A stretch of 61,876 nt of DNA from Lachnospiraceae bacterium (GCA_051879415.1 JBJELZ010000063.1:1-61876), one strand, 5' to 3'; shown: positions 50,679-61,282, counted from the first letter of the stretch. Notes: generated by a model not told the origin, from the sequence alone. A program made the numbers and translations.

Positions 50679-50786
50679 AATTACAATCCTTTTGCATTTT
50701 TTGCTTTATTATATATTTTTCCTGAATATTCGGCAAGTCTGTTTCGCATTATTCTTCAAATCACACGGAAGATTAAGACATACATA

Positions 50787-52556
50787 TTAAAATGGATTTT
50801 CTACCACCGGAACAGTAAAATTCTGCAACGCCTGTACCATTTGCGGATGCCTGATAACGAAATGGATGGAAGGCGATTTGATTTTGGAAACGATCACATA
50901 CTGATTCTTTACAATTTCAATCTGGATGTTCCGGAAGGCAGAGATTTCATTGATGTTTAAAATATAGTTTTCATGTGTTTTGGCATATTGGCGGGTTTCT
51001 TGCAAATGAGCAAGCATTTCTTCATAGGAATAGAAGATGGGGGTCTCCTGGAAACATCCTGAAATGGACAAATGCATGGGATGCTTCTCATAGGTATCTC
51101 TTGGTGAAATTGCAATCTCATCTGCAACGGTACCGTTATTCAGTTTCTGTTTCATCCTTTCTATTTCAGATTTTCTGTAGTCTCTGATCATCTGTGCTGT
51201 AGAAGCTTCTACTTGATTGGAGGCAAGAATCTTTTCCAGCAATTCTTCGCTGAGTGTATAAAGGGGCAGGGAAGATAAAATGTTTTTCCTTTCCCCGACC
51301 GTCCCTGCATCCTGCAAAAGAAAAGCATGGTAGTCATCTGCTCCGGTGCTGTCATAGATTTCCATTAAAGGCTTGGCGTGGGATAGAACATGGGCGGCTT
51401 TCTTCTGGAAATATGCCACTTCCTCTTTATTGTTTGTCAGGATATATCTTCCATCCAGAGGGGAACCTTCAATGGATTCTCCGCACAGGGCAGCCACGCC
51501 TGATACATAGTTCAGATGGTGAAAGACAGGGGTTGCACTGTCGGGAATATAGTAGGGGGATACCTGTCCGGTCATATAAATGGGAATCCATGCCTCCAGG
51601 CCCAGCAACAATTCTTCAAATGGGCGGTCCAGATGATGAATGATATTCAGATGAAGCCCCTTTTTGATGGAACAGGCAATTGCAAACATCCATTTTTTAT
51701 TAAAGTCCATATCCTCTGCCATATCAAGCAACGGCATATCGGAATGCATGAAGATGGGGGCTGTTGTTTTTGAGGTTACGGTTGTCTTGAAAAAATCCAG
51801 TTCTCCTTCCCGCATCCGGGAGATTCCATAATATATCTTATTGGCAGGAAGATGAAAAGGCATGGTAGGAACCTTGATTTCATCAAAATGGATGACCTTG
51901 ATATAGTCCTCCAGATCAAATTCATCCATTCTGGTCAAAAATTTGGAAATATCAGCGGAAGGTTTTTTCTGCTTTGGATAGGAATTATCATTCAGGCTGC
52001 CGTCAGCCAGTAACCATTCATAAACGGCAGTATAATATTCTGACTTTTCCGCGAGCTGATCGGTAGAAGATCCTAGTAGTCTGGCAACCTTTTCTTTGTT
52101 TTTCGGAGAAGAATAGGAAGAAACAAGGTATTCGGATATCTTTTTACAAAAGTTAGAAAGGTCAGATGTCTTTCTTTCACCGGATTTAATACGATATAAG
52201 AAGGAAGTGTCAAAATTGGTAAATGCGGAAATGTTCTTCATATTGAGACCAAGTTCATCATAAAGAACATTAAAATTATGTAAAAATCTGTCATAATCTC
52301 TGCTTTTGGCAAGGAGAGCATCCTGAAAGGATGCCAGAATAGTATCCTTTGACATATCTGTCTGATCTCTTTCAGAAGCAACCAATGCCAGTGCCCCGGT
52401 CAGGGCATCCACTATGTCAGAATCCGCCTGTGGCTCTCTTTCCCCGTTTCTGTACCGGCTGATTACAGATGGGGATATCCCGGACAGATCAGATAATTCT
52501 TTGTTTGTTAAATGCAGAATATTCATATAGTGATTTAGTAATTCAGAAAATTTCAT
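50787..52556 (-). CDS. Large XRE-family regulator with two HTH-like segments
   Basis: NKELSDLSGISPSVISRYRNGER and MKNISAFTNFDTSFLYRIKSGER; uncharacterised C-terminal region. Confidence 0.75.
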   Translation of the reverse strand: MKFSELLNHYMNILHLTNKELSDLSGISPSVISRYRNGEREPQADSDIVDALTGALALVASERDQTDMSKDTILASFQDALLAKSRDYDRFLHNFNVLYDELGLNMKNISAFTNFDTSFLYRIKSGERKTSDLSNFCKKISEYLVSSYSSPKNKEKVARLLGSSTDQLAEKSEYYTAVYEWLLADGSLNDNSYPKQKKPSADISKFLTRMDEFDLEDYIKVIHFDEIKVPTMPFHLPANKIYYGISRMREGELDFFKTTVTSKTTAPIFMHSDMPLLDMAEDMDFNKKWMFAIACSIKKGLHLNIIHHLDRPFEELLLGLEAWIPIYMTGQVSPYYIPDSATPVFHHLNYVSGVAALCGESIEGSPLDGRYILTNNKEEVAYFQKKAAHVLSHAKPLMEIYDSTGADDYHAFLLQDAGTVGERKNILSSLPLYTLSEELLEKILASNQVEASTAQMIRDYRKSEIERMKQKLNNGTVADEIAISPRDTYEKHPMHLSISGCFQETPIFYSYEEMLAHLQETRQYAKTHENYILNINEISAFRNIQIEIVKNQYVIVSKIKSPSIHFVIRHPQMVQALQNFTVPVVENPF

Positions 52557-52799
52557 AATAAATTACCTTTCTTTCGTCTATTAACAACTGTGCAATATAC
52601 ATGATTATAATTGACTCATGACTGCCAGTTCCATTTTATCAGAAGAATGGATGTCAGGCTGGGCAATTGCCAGAAAAAGCAAGTGTCAATTCTGGAAACT
52701 GCCTTGAAGGTCACCTGTTGTATGTTGTATTTTTACAATAACTATTAATATTTTCGGTTAGATATTACTTATTTGTCAATAAAAACGGAGGTGAAAATT

Positions 52800-54476
52800 T
52801 TGAAAAAACGAAAATTAAAAAAAGGAAACAGATTGCTGGCACTGGTCATGGTTCTGCTTTTGACGGTAGGGTTGTGGAATGGATATCCGGCAATGACAGC
52901 TTATGCTAGTGGGGGGCCGGACACCATTACTTTGAATTTTACCAATGCAACGATAGGTACTAATGTAGATGGTATTCAGGTAAATGACATCAATATAGCT
53001 CCAAATGGTAGTAATTCAGTTACAGCAAGCGGGTATGGCAGTTCTTATAGTGCCAATGAGACAAATACTATAGTATTTAGTAATGCAGTTGGTGGGGCTG
53101 ATATTACATCAGCAACGATTGATGGACAGAATTTTACGGCAGCATCAGTAACAGATCCTATACTGGGTATAACATCTACTGTGGTTACGGCTGTGGTTCC
53201 CGCCGCTGATTCTTATAATATTACACTGACTTATGGTGCATCCAGTGATGATGTTACCATTGTCTGGGCTTATGATCTAAATGAGGCGATATATCGTTAT
53301 CATGACGCTGATGCCTATGTGGAGCATGGTAAAGTAGAAGTGGTTTCTATTACCAGAGGGGGTAGTACTATATATAGCAGTGGTCAGAACGCTGCTTTTG
53401 TAGATATTACTTCATTAGGCGGAGAAGTAAGGTTAAAGAAGGGTGATGATGTGGTCTTAAAACTGATTCCGGATTATGGATATCAGCTGCAGAGTGCTTC
53501 TGTCAATGGAGAGACATTGGCTCCGCAGGATACAGTAAGTACCTTTAAATTAACAAATATTCAAGGCAATCTGCATTTTGCAGGCGTTTTTGTCCCTGCA
53601 TCAGATACGATTAATACATCGGGAACAGTTACGTCGGCATCCATTGCCAATGGACAGAATGCGGCATCCAGCGGTAATCTGAAGATGGATATTTCAGACA
53701 ATGGAAGTTATTCAACTGATGTAACAGGCGCTGTCAGCGGTGAAAATGTATCACAGGTTGCTTCTGTTGACATTTCCCTTACCCAGGTAGTCAGCAAGGG
53801 AACAGCCGGAAGCAATTGGACCAATGGAATTACAAGTTTTTCAAATCCTATTACGGTAGGAATTAATCTTGGCAGCACGACACCTGCGGATGGGGAAACC
53901 TTCAGTGTTGTAAGAGACCATAATGGTAACTTGCAGGAACTGGATGCAACCTATGATGCTGCTTCCAATACCCTGTATTTCCCTACCAATCAATTTTCTA
54001 CATATACGATTGTAAGTAAGACGGCAGATCAGACGCAGACGTCATCTCCTGTTACGTCCACGCCTAGTCATACACATAGTTACCAGTGGGTAGTAACAAC
54101 CGTTGCAACACCGGAAAGAACGGGAATATATTCGTATATTTGTTCCGGTTGCGGCAGAGTGGATGCAACCCAGATTATTGGTCGGGATGCTGCGATGTAC
54201 CAGTCTGTGTTACAGGAATTGGCTGAAAAAGTTGCTGCAGTTCAAAATGGAACAGGACAGGAACCAATCGTTCTTAATATGGGAGACTGGTATTCCATTC
54301 CAAAGGTTATCATGGATAAGATCCGGGCATGCGGTATGGATGTGATTGTAAATTACCGGTATCAGGGAAAGGAATATTCCATTCTGATTCCAAAAGGAAA
54401 ATGTGTGGATCTGCGTATTCCATGGTATGGTCCGCTGCTTCTGGAGTATTTGTACGGTAATCTTTTAGAAATTTAG
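52800..54476 (+). CDS. Secreted Ser/Thr-rich surface protein
   Basis: TTG start after GGAGGTG; signal peptide ending AYA; beta-rich domains; HTH..W...CSGCG motif; no LPxTG/TM tail. Confidence 0.75.
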   Translation: MKKRKLKKGNRLLALVMVLLLTVGLWNGYPAMTAYASGGPDTITLNFTNATIGTNVDGIQVNDINIAPNGSNSVTASGYGSSYSANETNTIVFSNAVGGADITSATIDGQNFTAASVTDPILGITSTVVTAVVPAADSYNITLTYGASSDDVTIVWAYDLNEAIYRYHDADAYVEHGKVEVVSITRGGSTIYSSGQNAAFVDITSLGGEVRLKKGDDVVLKLIPDYGYQLQSASVNGETLAPQDTVSTFKLTNIQGNLHFAGVFVPASDTINTSGTVTSASIANGQNAASSGNLKMDISDNGSYSTDVTGAVSGENVSQVASVDISLTQVVSKGTAGSNWTNGITSFSNPITVGINLGSTTPADGETFSVVRDHNGNLQELDATYDAASNTLYFPTNQFSTYTIVSKTADQTQTSSPVTSTPSHTHSYQWVVTTVATPERTGIYSYICSGCGRVDATQIIGRDAAMYQSVLQELAEKVAAVQNGTGQEPIVLNMGDWYSIPKVIMDKIRACGMDVIVNYRYQGKEYSILIPKGKCVDLRIPWYGPLLLEYLYGNLLEI

Positions 54477-54494
54477 AATTGAATGGCTATCAAT

Positions 54495-54545
54495 AAAAAT
54501 CCATCAGACATTCCGTATGGCAGGTTGTGTTTGGTGGATTTTTTA
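54495..54545 (+). terminator. Intrinsic terminator
   Basis: AAAAATCCATCAGACA / TGTTTGGTGGATTTTT. Confidence 0.7.
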
Positions 54546-54610
54546 TTTATAATTAATAAGTGCTTTGCAATTGCATGCCAACCATATAATTTGGAAGGAT
54601 GAATGTCATT

Positions 54611-55585
54611 ATGAAAATAATTGATTTGGATATTGAGGATCCGGATGAGAAAGATTTTGATAAAGAAAATTTGGATGCAGAGTTTACGGAGACAGAAGAT
54701 AATAACGATGCCTGGGAAGAAGAAGCATGGAATGGTGATTGGCTGTCAGAAACAGGGAAAGATATATACAGCACTAAATGGAGGAAGCTTCAGACTGTCG
54801 GAATCGTCTTTCTTCTTGCTGTCATGGTGGTTGCTTTGGTGAAGATTTTTCTGATCTTTTCGGATTACCATAAGGCAGAGCAGATCTATGAGGAAACCAA
54901 CAGAAAATATGTGATACAGATTGACGGTAACAATGGCGGGGATTTGTTTCCACAGGAGAAACCGGCACAAGGAAATCCGGTGCAGGAGGAACCCATGTGG
55001 TATGAGATCATGACGGTGGATTTGAAAGCACTGCAGGAGGTAAATCCCGATGTCATAGGCTGGATTTATTTTGAGAATGAAAAGATCAGCTATCCGATCC
55101 TGTATTCCGGTGATAACGAAACCTATCTTCGTAAGACCTATACCGGAGAAAATGTGACCGCAGGTTCTATTTTCATGGATGGAGCAGGCTGTCCTGATTT
55201 TAGTGACCGCCATGTTATCCTGTATGGCCACAATATGAAAGATTTATCTATGTTCGGGCGTTTGCGGTATTATAAGACAGAAGAGGATTACTATGAGGAT
55301 CACAGATTTTTCCAGATTTATACCGAAGGAATGATTTACCGGTATGAGATTTTTGCTTATAAGGAAGTGCCGGAAGACAGTGCGGTCTATACGATTCTTG
55401 ACAGGGATGCGCAGGGTTTGTTTGATTTTGCAAAGGATATACTTTGCACAGGCTCTTATATACAAAGTGGAATTTATGTTTCCTATGATGATCATGTGAT
55501 TACTCTCTCCACCTGTACAGCAGATGAGGCGAAACGGTTTATTGTCTGTGCAGTAAGAACAGATCAGAAAGAAGTTCTCTATTGA
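54611..55585 (+). CDS. srtB: Class B sortase
   Basis: NPDVIGWI, GSIFMD, LYGHNM, ITLSTC (catalytic Cys) and RFIV; single N-proximal TM. Start could also be 54599. Confidence 0.9.
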   Translation: MKIIDLDIEDPDEKDFDKENLDAEFTETEDNNDAWEEEAWNGDWLSETGKDIYSTKWRKLQTVGIVFLLAVMVVALVKIFLIFSDYHKAEQIYEETNRKYVIQIDGNNGGDLFPQEKPAQGNPVQEEPMWYEIMTVDLKALQEVNPDVIGWIYFENEKISYPILYSGDNETYLRKTYTGENVTAGSIFMDGAGCPDFSDRHVILYGHNMKDLSMFGRLRYYKTEEDYYEDHRFFQIYTEGMIYRYEIFAYKEVPEDSAVYTILDRDAQGLFDFAKDILCTGSYIQSGIYVSYDDHVITLSTCTADEAKRFIVCAVRTDQKEVLY

Positions 55586-55646
55586 CAGGTAATAAGAAAA
55601 ATACTTAAAATAAAAGAAGATACCGATAGAAAACCGGAGTATATAA

Positions 55647-57548
55647 ATGAATATTAAGATGCAGTTCTGCGGTCTTATATTGTTAATGGTTATTTTGTAT
55701 TTTTATATATGCCGCAAAAAGATAAAATTACATACAGCACAGGCATTTATGCGGATTTTCTGGATTACGGTGTTAAATCTGGTATTGGATATTACATCGA
55801 TTATTCTTCTCGATTATCATATTATTGTGCCCGATCTTTTGATCAATGCGGTCTGTAAAACTTATATTTCCACACTGGTCTTGGTTGGTATGGCAGCTTT
55901 TTTGTATATCTGTGCGGATATTTACGGAGAAAGCCGCCAATATAAAAAAAGATTTTATCTGGCAATTACAATTGCCACGATAGGAATTGCACTGATTTTT
56001 GCTCTCCCAATCTACAAGTCATGGAATAATCCGGATCAGATTTATACCTATGGTCCAAGCGTTATGGTGACCTATGCATTTGCAGTTTTTTTCCTGACAT
56101 GGATTATTATTTTATTAATTGCGAAAAGAAAGAGAATTGATAACAGGCGGTGGGAGGCTATGTGTATCTGGATGGTACTGTGGCTTCTTGCAACAGGTGT
56201 TCAGTTTGCTTTCAATGAAATTCTTTTAGTTGGTTATGCAAGTGCGATCGGAATTGTTATTGTCTATCTGAAACTTGAAAATCCGGAATTAAATATCGAT
56301 AAAGGTACAGGGATGTTTAATCAGGAAGGATTGCTTTTATATACAGCACAGTTAATCAGAGGTGGAAAGAAATTTGCTGTGATGGTATTGGAGCTTCAGG
56401 ATATTCTGTGCGTTCATTCAGCGACCGAGGAGCAAAGTACTGTTCGAATGGAGATTATTACCTGGCTGTTGGAAATGAAGGATGCTTATGTCTTTAAAAA
56501 CAGAGAAAATGAAGTTGTGCTTGTTTTTGAGGATCATGAAAAGGCTGAGCAGCATGGGAAGCTTATGAAAGAACGTTTTGAATCCAGCTGGGGAACCGCA
56601 GGCAATACCTATATCAGACCGCAATGGACTTATATGCCGGATGGCAGTATCATAACCGACAGTGATGAACTCCTGCATCTGCTGGATTATGCCAGATTGA
56701 ATGGAACCAATTATATGGACGGGGATACTGTGATCATTGGTTCTAAGATGCGGGACGATATGTATGAAGAAAAGAAGGTGGAACATCTGATTCAGGATGC
56801 CCTGGAAAATGACAGGGTGGAGGTTTTTTATCAGCCAATCTATTCCACACAGGAGAAATCTTTTATTGCAGCGGAAGCATTGGTCCGGATCCGCGATGAG
56901 GAAGGTGAACTGGTGCCGCCGGGTGTATTTATCAATATTGCAGAGAGAAATGGCAGTATTATCAAGCTGGGCGAGGCAGTGTTTAGAATGGTATGTGCAT
57001 TTCTTAAGGACCGGAAACCGGAGCAGTATGGACTAAAATATATTGAGATCAACCTTTCGGTCGTACAGTGTGCATATGAACAGCTTTCAGAGCGGTTTAT
57101 TCATATTATGGAGGAATATCAGATTTCTCCTGAGCGGATTAATCTGGAAATTACGGAATCTGCATCTTTGGAGGCTAAGAAGGTCCTGCTGGACAATATG
57201 AAAAAGCTGATGGATTACGGAGTTACATTTTCTCTGGATGATTTCGGGACAGGACAATCCAATCTGAATTATATCGTGGAGATGCCCGTTGACATTGTTA
57301 AGTTTGATCGTGATATGATAAATTCCTATTTTGAGAATGGTAAGGCAAAATATGTTATGGATGCCGCCATGCGCATGATTCACGGAATGCAGTTAAAAAT
57401 TGTGTCAGAGGGAATTGAGACAAAAGAACAGTTTGATACAATGGAAGAACTACAGATTAACTATATCCAGGGATTTTACTTTTCCAGGCCGTTGCCGGAG
57501 AATGATTTTATTCATTTTCTTGCTTCGGACAGACAGAACGAAAGATGA
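55647..57548 (+). CDS. Membrane-bound c-di-GMP phosphodiesterase (7TM, degenerate GGDEF, EAL)
   Basis: FYQPI, AEALVR, INLS, EITE, LDDFGTG, EGIET and IQGFYFSRP motifs. Confidence 0.9.
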   Translation: MNIKMQFCGLILLMVILYFYICRKKIKLHTAQAFMRIFWITVLNLVLDITSIILLDYHIIVPDLLINAVCKTYISTLVLVGMAAFLYICADIYGESRQYKKRFYLAITIATIGIALIFALPIYKSWNNPDQIYTYGPSVMVTYAFAVFFLTWIIILLIAKRKRIDNRRWEAMCIWMVLWLLATGVQFAFNEILLVGYASAIGIVIVYLKLENPELNIDKGTGMFNQEGLLLYTAQLIRGGKKFAVMVLELQDILCVHSATEEQSTVRMEIITWLLEMKDAYVFKNRENEVVLVFEDHEKAEQHGKLMKERFESSWGTAGNTYIRPQWTYMPDGSIITDSDELLHLLDYARLNGTNYMDGDTVIIGSKMRDDMYEEKKVEHLIQDALENDRVEVFYQPIYSTQEKSFIAAEALVRIRDEEGELVPPGVFINIAERNGSIIKLGEAVFRMVCAFLKDRKPEQYGLKYIEINLSVVQCAYEQLSERFIHIMEEYQISPERINLEITESASLEAKKVLLDNMKKLMDYGVTFSLDDFGTGQSNLNYIVEMPVDIVKFDRDMINSYFENGKAKYVMDAAMRMIHGMQLKIVSEGIETKEQFDTMEELQINYIQGFYFSRPLPENDFIHFLASDRQNER

Positions 57549-57562
57549 GAGGTGGGGGTACA

Positions 57563-60307
57563 ATGAAGGATGAATGTCATGAAAATGAAGCGTTACTAAT
57601 GCTCTCGGACATTTATTACAAAATATTAAAGGTCAATCTGACGCTGGATAGCCATGAGGAGATCAAGCTCATTCATTCGGAACGGGATCTTGAAAATGGT
57701 TATTCGGGGACAACGTCAGAATGGCTCAGGAGATTTGCACGGTCAGGATTTGTACATCCGGATGATATGGAAAAATATCTGTTGTTTATAGATTTTAACA
57801 AACTCCGCCGGGCATTTTGTGAAGGAAACAGATATTTGTGCTGTCATTACCGGCGTAAGCTAAATGGGGAATTCCGCTGGGTTTCCATGGAGCTGGTTCC
57901 GACACCGGAGTATACCCATGATAACCAGATCGTTTATCTTTATATTAAGGATATCCACGATGAATTTGTACTGGATATTGAAAACAGGGATTTTTTGACA
58001 GGAGCCCTGAACCGTCGGGGATTTCTGCGGGAAGCAGGATTATGGCTTGATTCCGCAGATCCACAGAAAAATTATGCCATTCTTCGTTTTAATATCAAAG
58101 ATTTTAAGGGGATAAATGAATTTTTCGGAACCAGTGGCGGGGACGAAGTATTACAGTATATTTATGCGTATTTCAAAAATTCTCCCCTGCAGCCGGTTCT
58201 GCTTGCCAGAACAGATGGGGACAGGTTTCTTTGTCTGGTAGATCAGGACAATCTGGACTATGAGGTGTTGCCGGAGTTATGCAGAACATCTTATTCCAAA
58301 GATAAGAGAAGCATTCAGCTATCTATTCGTTGCGGCATCTATCTGATTAAGGACAGAACCATTCCGATCAGTACAATGTGTGATTGTACCAAACTGGCAA
58401 TCGCGCATATCTTTGATGAATACGTTAAGCCATATGCTATCTTTGATAATTCCATGCGGAAGAATTATATTATTCAGTCAGAAATCCGCGGACGGGTTCA
58501 GGAAGCATTGAACAATGGTGAATTTGAGGTATATTATCAGCCGATCTTTGATACCCATGTGGGTAATATTACTTCTGCAGAGGCATTGATCCGGTGGAAT
58601 TATCCGGGACACGGTGTTCTTTCCCCCGGAATTTTCATCCCGATTCTGGAGGAAAGCGGGCAGATCTCACAGGTAGATTATTTTGTTTTAAGTGAAGTAC
58701 GCCGGTTATATGCAGACGGTATACGAGAGGGAAAAAGAGTCGTGCCTGTTTCTATCAACCTTTCCTGGGTGGATTTCTATGATTCCAGAATGATTGATGC
58801 CATCTTTGAAAGCTTACGGGATGATCAGTGTAATATCAAGGTTCGTTTTGAAGTAACAGAGACAGCTTATGCTGCCATGTCTGCCCATGAGGCCAATATT
58901 ATTGCTGAGTTACGGGCTGCCGGTGCAGAGGTTCTGCTGGATGATTTCGGAAGCGGATATTCTTCCTTCAGTACCTTCAGTGCGTATGATTTTGACCTGA
59001 TCAAGCTGGATATGGGATTTGTGCAGAAGATAGGTAAAGATGCCAAGATAAAGAGTATTATCCACTCTATCATTGATATGTCGCATCATATGAATGCCAA
59101 GGTGGTTGCAGAAGGGGTAGAGACACAGAACCAGTTGGATTTTCTGTACCGTCATGACTGTGATTTCATTCAGGGCTATTATTTTTCCAAACCTCTTCCA
59201 CGGAAGGATTTTGAGAATATTCTTGCATATGGTGCAGATAAAAAGGATGCTCTGCCGATGAAAAAGGAACTGACACTGACAGACCTTATCTCTGTAGAAA
59301 CGCTGCAGAAGCTGCAGGATGCTTTTTCCTCTATGACCGGAATGGCGTTCCTGACAACAGACAAGTATGGTGTTGCCGTGACCCAGGGATCTAATTTTTC
59401 AAAGTTCTGTATGGATTATACCTGTCAGTCGGCACTCGGAAGACAGCGCTGCGAGCAATGTGATAAAAGAGGTGCGGAGCAGGCGTTTAGGAATGGGCAT
59501 GCCTGTGTTTATGAATGTCATGCGGGACTGATGGATTATGCAGCACCGATTATGGTAAATGGTGAGATGATCGGCTGTTTCATTGGCGGTCAGATTCTGG
59601 CAGAAAAGCCGGACCCGGAAAAATATCGCAAGATTGCAGAGGAATTAGGGATTGATCCGGAGGCTTATCTGGATGCACTGGATAAGATCAATGTGGTTGA
59701 CAGGAAAACAATTGATCATGCAGCAGAGTTTCTTTATGTGACAGCCAATATTTTATCAGATGTTGCATATAATAAATATACTGCTGATATGATTAATGGA
59801 TTGTTGCGTGACAAGAATGCACAGTTGGATCATATGGCAAACTATGACAGACTGACAGGTCTGAGCAACCGTTATCATATGCAGGCTCAGTTCCGCCAGT
59901 TCGAGCAGTCCGGGCAGCCTTATTGCGTGATCCTTGGTGATGTGGATAATTTTAAATCAGTCAATGATACCTATGGGCATGAGTGCGGGGATGTGGTATT
60001 GCACAGTCTGGCGGGGATGATGAGAAACAATCTGCCGGAAAGCAGTATTCCGAGCCGATGGGGTGGAGAGGAATTTCTGATTCTTATTTATGGAGATAAA
60101 GCATATAGTATTTCTGTAATAGAGCATATTCGGAAGACCATGGCCGAAACAGGGATTCCTTATCATGGAAAGGAGCTTCACATTACCATGACCTTCGGGG
60201 TTGCCTTCTGCGGAGAGAGGGAGATTTCTGAAAAGCTGATTATACTGGCAGATGAACGGATGTATTATGGAAAAACCCACGGAAAAAACCAGACAGTTGG
60301 AGAATAG
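57563..60307 (+). CDS. Multidomain c-di-GMP enzyme: PAS, degenerate GGDEF, EAL, PocR, GGDEF
   Basis: VHPDD (PAS); RTDGDRF (degenerate GGDEF); AEALIRW and LDDFGSG (EAL); Y.CHAGL.D.AAPI...GGQ (PocR); RWGGEEF (GGDEF). Confidence 0.88.
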   Translation: MKDECHENEALLMLSDIYYKILKVNLTLDSHEEIKLIHSERDLENGYSGTTSEWLRRFARSGFVHPDDMEKYLLFIDFNKLRRAFCEGNRYLCCHYRRKLNGEFRWVSMELVPTPEYTHDNQIVYLYIKDIHDEFVLDIENRDFLTGALNRRGFLREAGLWLDSADPQKNYAILRFNIKDFKGINEFFGTSGGDEVLQYIYAYFKNSPLQPVLLARTDGDRFLCLVDQDNLDYEVLPELCRTSYSKDKRSIQLSIRCGIYLIKDRTIPISTMCDCTKLAIAHIFDEYVKPYAIFDNSMRKNYIIQSEIRGRVQEALNNGEFEVYYQPIFDTHVGNITSAEALIRWNYPGHGVLSPGIFIPILEESGQISQVDYFVLSEVRRLYADGIREGKRVVPVSINLSWVDFYDSRMIDAIFESLRDDQCNIKVRFEVTETAYAAMSAHEANIIAELRAAGAEVLLDDFGSGYSSFSTFSAYDFDLIKLDMGFVQKIGKDAKIKSIIHSIIDMSHHMNAKVVAEGVETQNQLDFLYRHDCDFIQGYYFSKPLPRKDFENILAYGADKKDALPMKKELTLTDLISVETLQKLQDAFSSMTGMAFLTTDKYGVAVTQGSNFSKFCMDYTCQSALGRQRCEQCDKRGAEQAFRNGHACVYECHAGLMDYAAPIMVNGEMIGCFIGGQILAEKPDPEKYRKIAEELGIDPEAYLDALDKINVVDRKTIDHAAEFLYVTANILSDVAYNKYTADMINGLLRDKNAQLDHMANYDRLTGLSNRYHMQAQFRQFEQSGQPYCVILGDVDNFKSVNDTYGHECGDVVLHSLAGMMRNNLPESSIPSRWGGEEFLILIYGDKAYSISVIEHIRKTMAETGIPYHGKELHITMTFGVAFCGEREISEKLIILADERMYYGKTHGKNQTVGE

Positions 60308-60332
60308 AAGGCATATAAAAGGAGGTGCTTCT

Positions 60333-61079
60333 ATGTTACTAAAGGGTAAAACAGCGATTGTTACAGGTGGAAGCAGAGGAATTGGTTATGCTACGGTTGA
60401 AGCATTTCTCAAAGAGGGTGCCAAAGTAATACTCTGTGCATCCAGAGAAGAAACGGCAGCTAAGGCGGTTGCCTCCCTGAAAGAAAAGTATCCCGATGCA
60501 GTGGTGGACTCCATGATACCGAACCTGAATGATTATCAGGATATCAAGGAAAAATTTGATCAGGCAGCCGAAAAATATGATGGCATTGATATTCTTGTGA
60601 ATAATGCCGGTGTTTCCGATAGTACGCCGTTTGAGCAGTATACAGAGGACTTATTTGATAAAGTAATGGATCTGAATGTCAGGGCAATTTTTAATTGTTC
60701 CAAGGCTGTGGTTGATATTATGGAGAAAAAGGGAAAGGGAGTTATCCTGAATACAAGTTCCATGGTAAGCATCTGCGGTCAGGCAGCAGGGGTTGCTTAT
60801 CCGACTTCCAAATCAGCGGTGAATGGATTTACCTTATCCCTTGCAAAGGAACTTGGGCCCAAGGGAATCCGTGTCAATGCAGTTGCACCTGGCATTACGA
60901 ACACGGATATGATGCAGGCGGTGCCTAAGAATGTCATTGATCCTCTGATTGCAAAGATTCCGCTTAAGAGACTCGGTGAGCCGGAAGATATCGCCAATGC
61001 ATTTGTGTTCCTGGCATCTGATATGGCAGATTATATTACAGGTGTTACTTTGAGTGTTGATGGATTGGCAAGAACGTAA
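60333..61079 (+). CDS. SDR family oxidoreductase, 3alpha-hydroxysteroid dehydrogenase (BaiA)-like
   Basis: TGGSRGIG, NNAG, YPTSK catalytic motif and VAPG; GGAGG RBS. Confidence 0.8.
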   Translation: MLLKGKTAIVTGGSRGIGYATVEAFLKEGAKVILCASREETAAKAVASLKEKYPDAVVDSMIPNLNDYQDIKEKFDQAAEKYDGIDILVNNAGVSDSTPFEQYTEDLFDKVMDLNVRAIFNCSKAVVDIMEKKGKGVILNTSSMVSICGQAAGVAYPTSKSAVNGFTLSLAKELGPKGIRVNAVAPGITNTDMMQAVPKNVIDPLIAKIPLKRLGEPEDIANAFVFLASDMADYITGVTLSVDGLART

Positions 61080-61110
61080 GACAATATGATCACAGTATGG
61101 TTGAAAACAG

Positions 61111-61142
61111 AAATCCCGGAGAGTGATTCTCCGGGGTTTTTT
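61111..61142 (+). terminator. Intrinsic terminator
   Basis: AAATCCCGGAGA / TCTCCGGGGTTT followed by a T-run. Confidence 0.8.
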
Positions 61143-61190
61143 GATTTATGTTAGAGAGTTTACTTGGCATATTTTATGTGAAAATTACTA

Positions 61191-61219
61191 TTGAAATAAA
61201 AATTGTTATGTGATATGAT
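61191..61219 (+). promoter_or_regulatory. SigA promoter
   Basis: TTGAAA-N17-TATGAT with extended TG. Confidence 0.6.
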
Positions 61220-61282
61220 TTCCGTAAAAACAGAATAAAATACGTTAAAACGAAAAGCGTACAAGGTATATGGAAAGAGGGG

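Noticed and set aside
55603..55629. Possible sigma-28 promoters before the EAL gene (ACCGATAG) and before the 50678 kinase (GCCGAATA)
   Set aside because: The -35 TAAA is not at the expected 15-nt spacing; for the EAL gene a SigA-like TTGACA-N18-TAAAAT fits as well.
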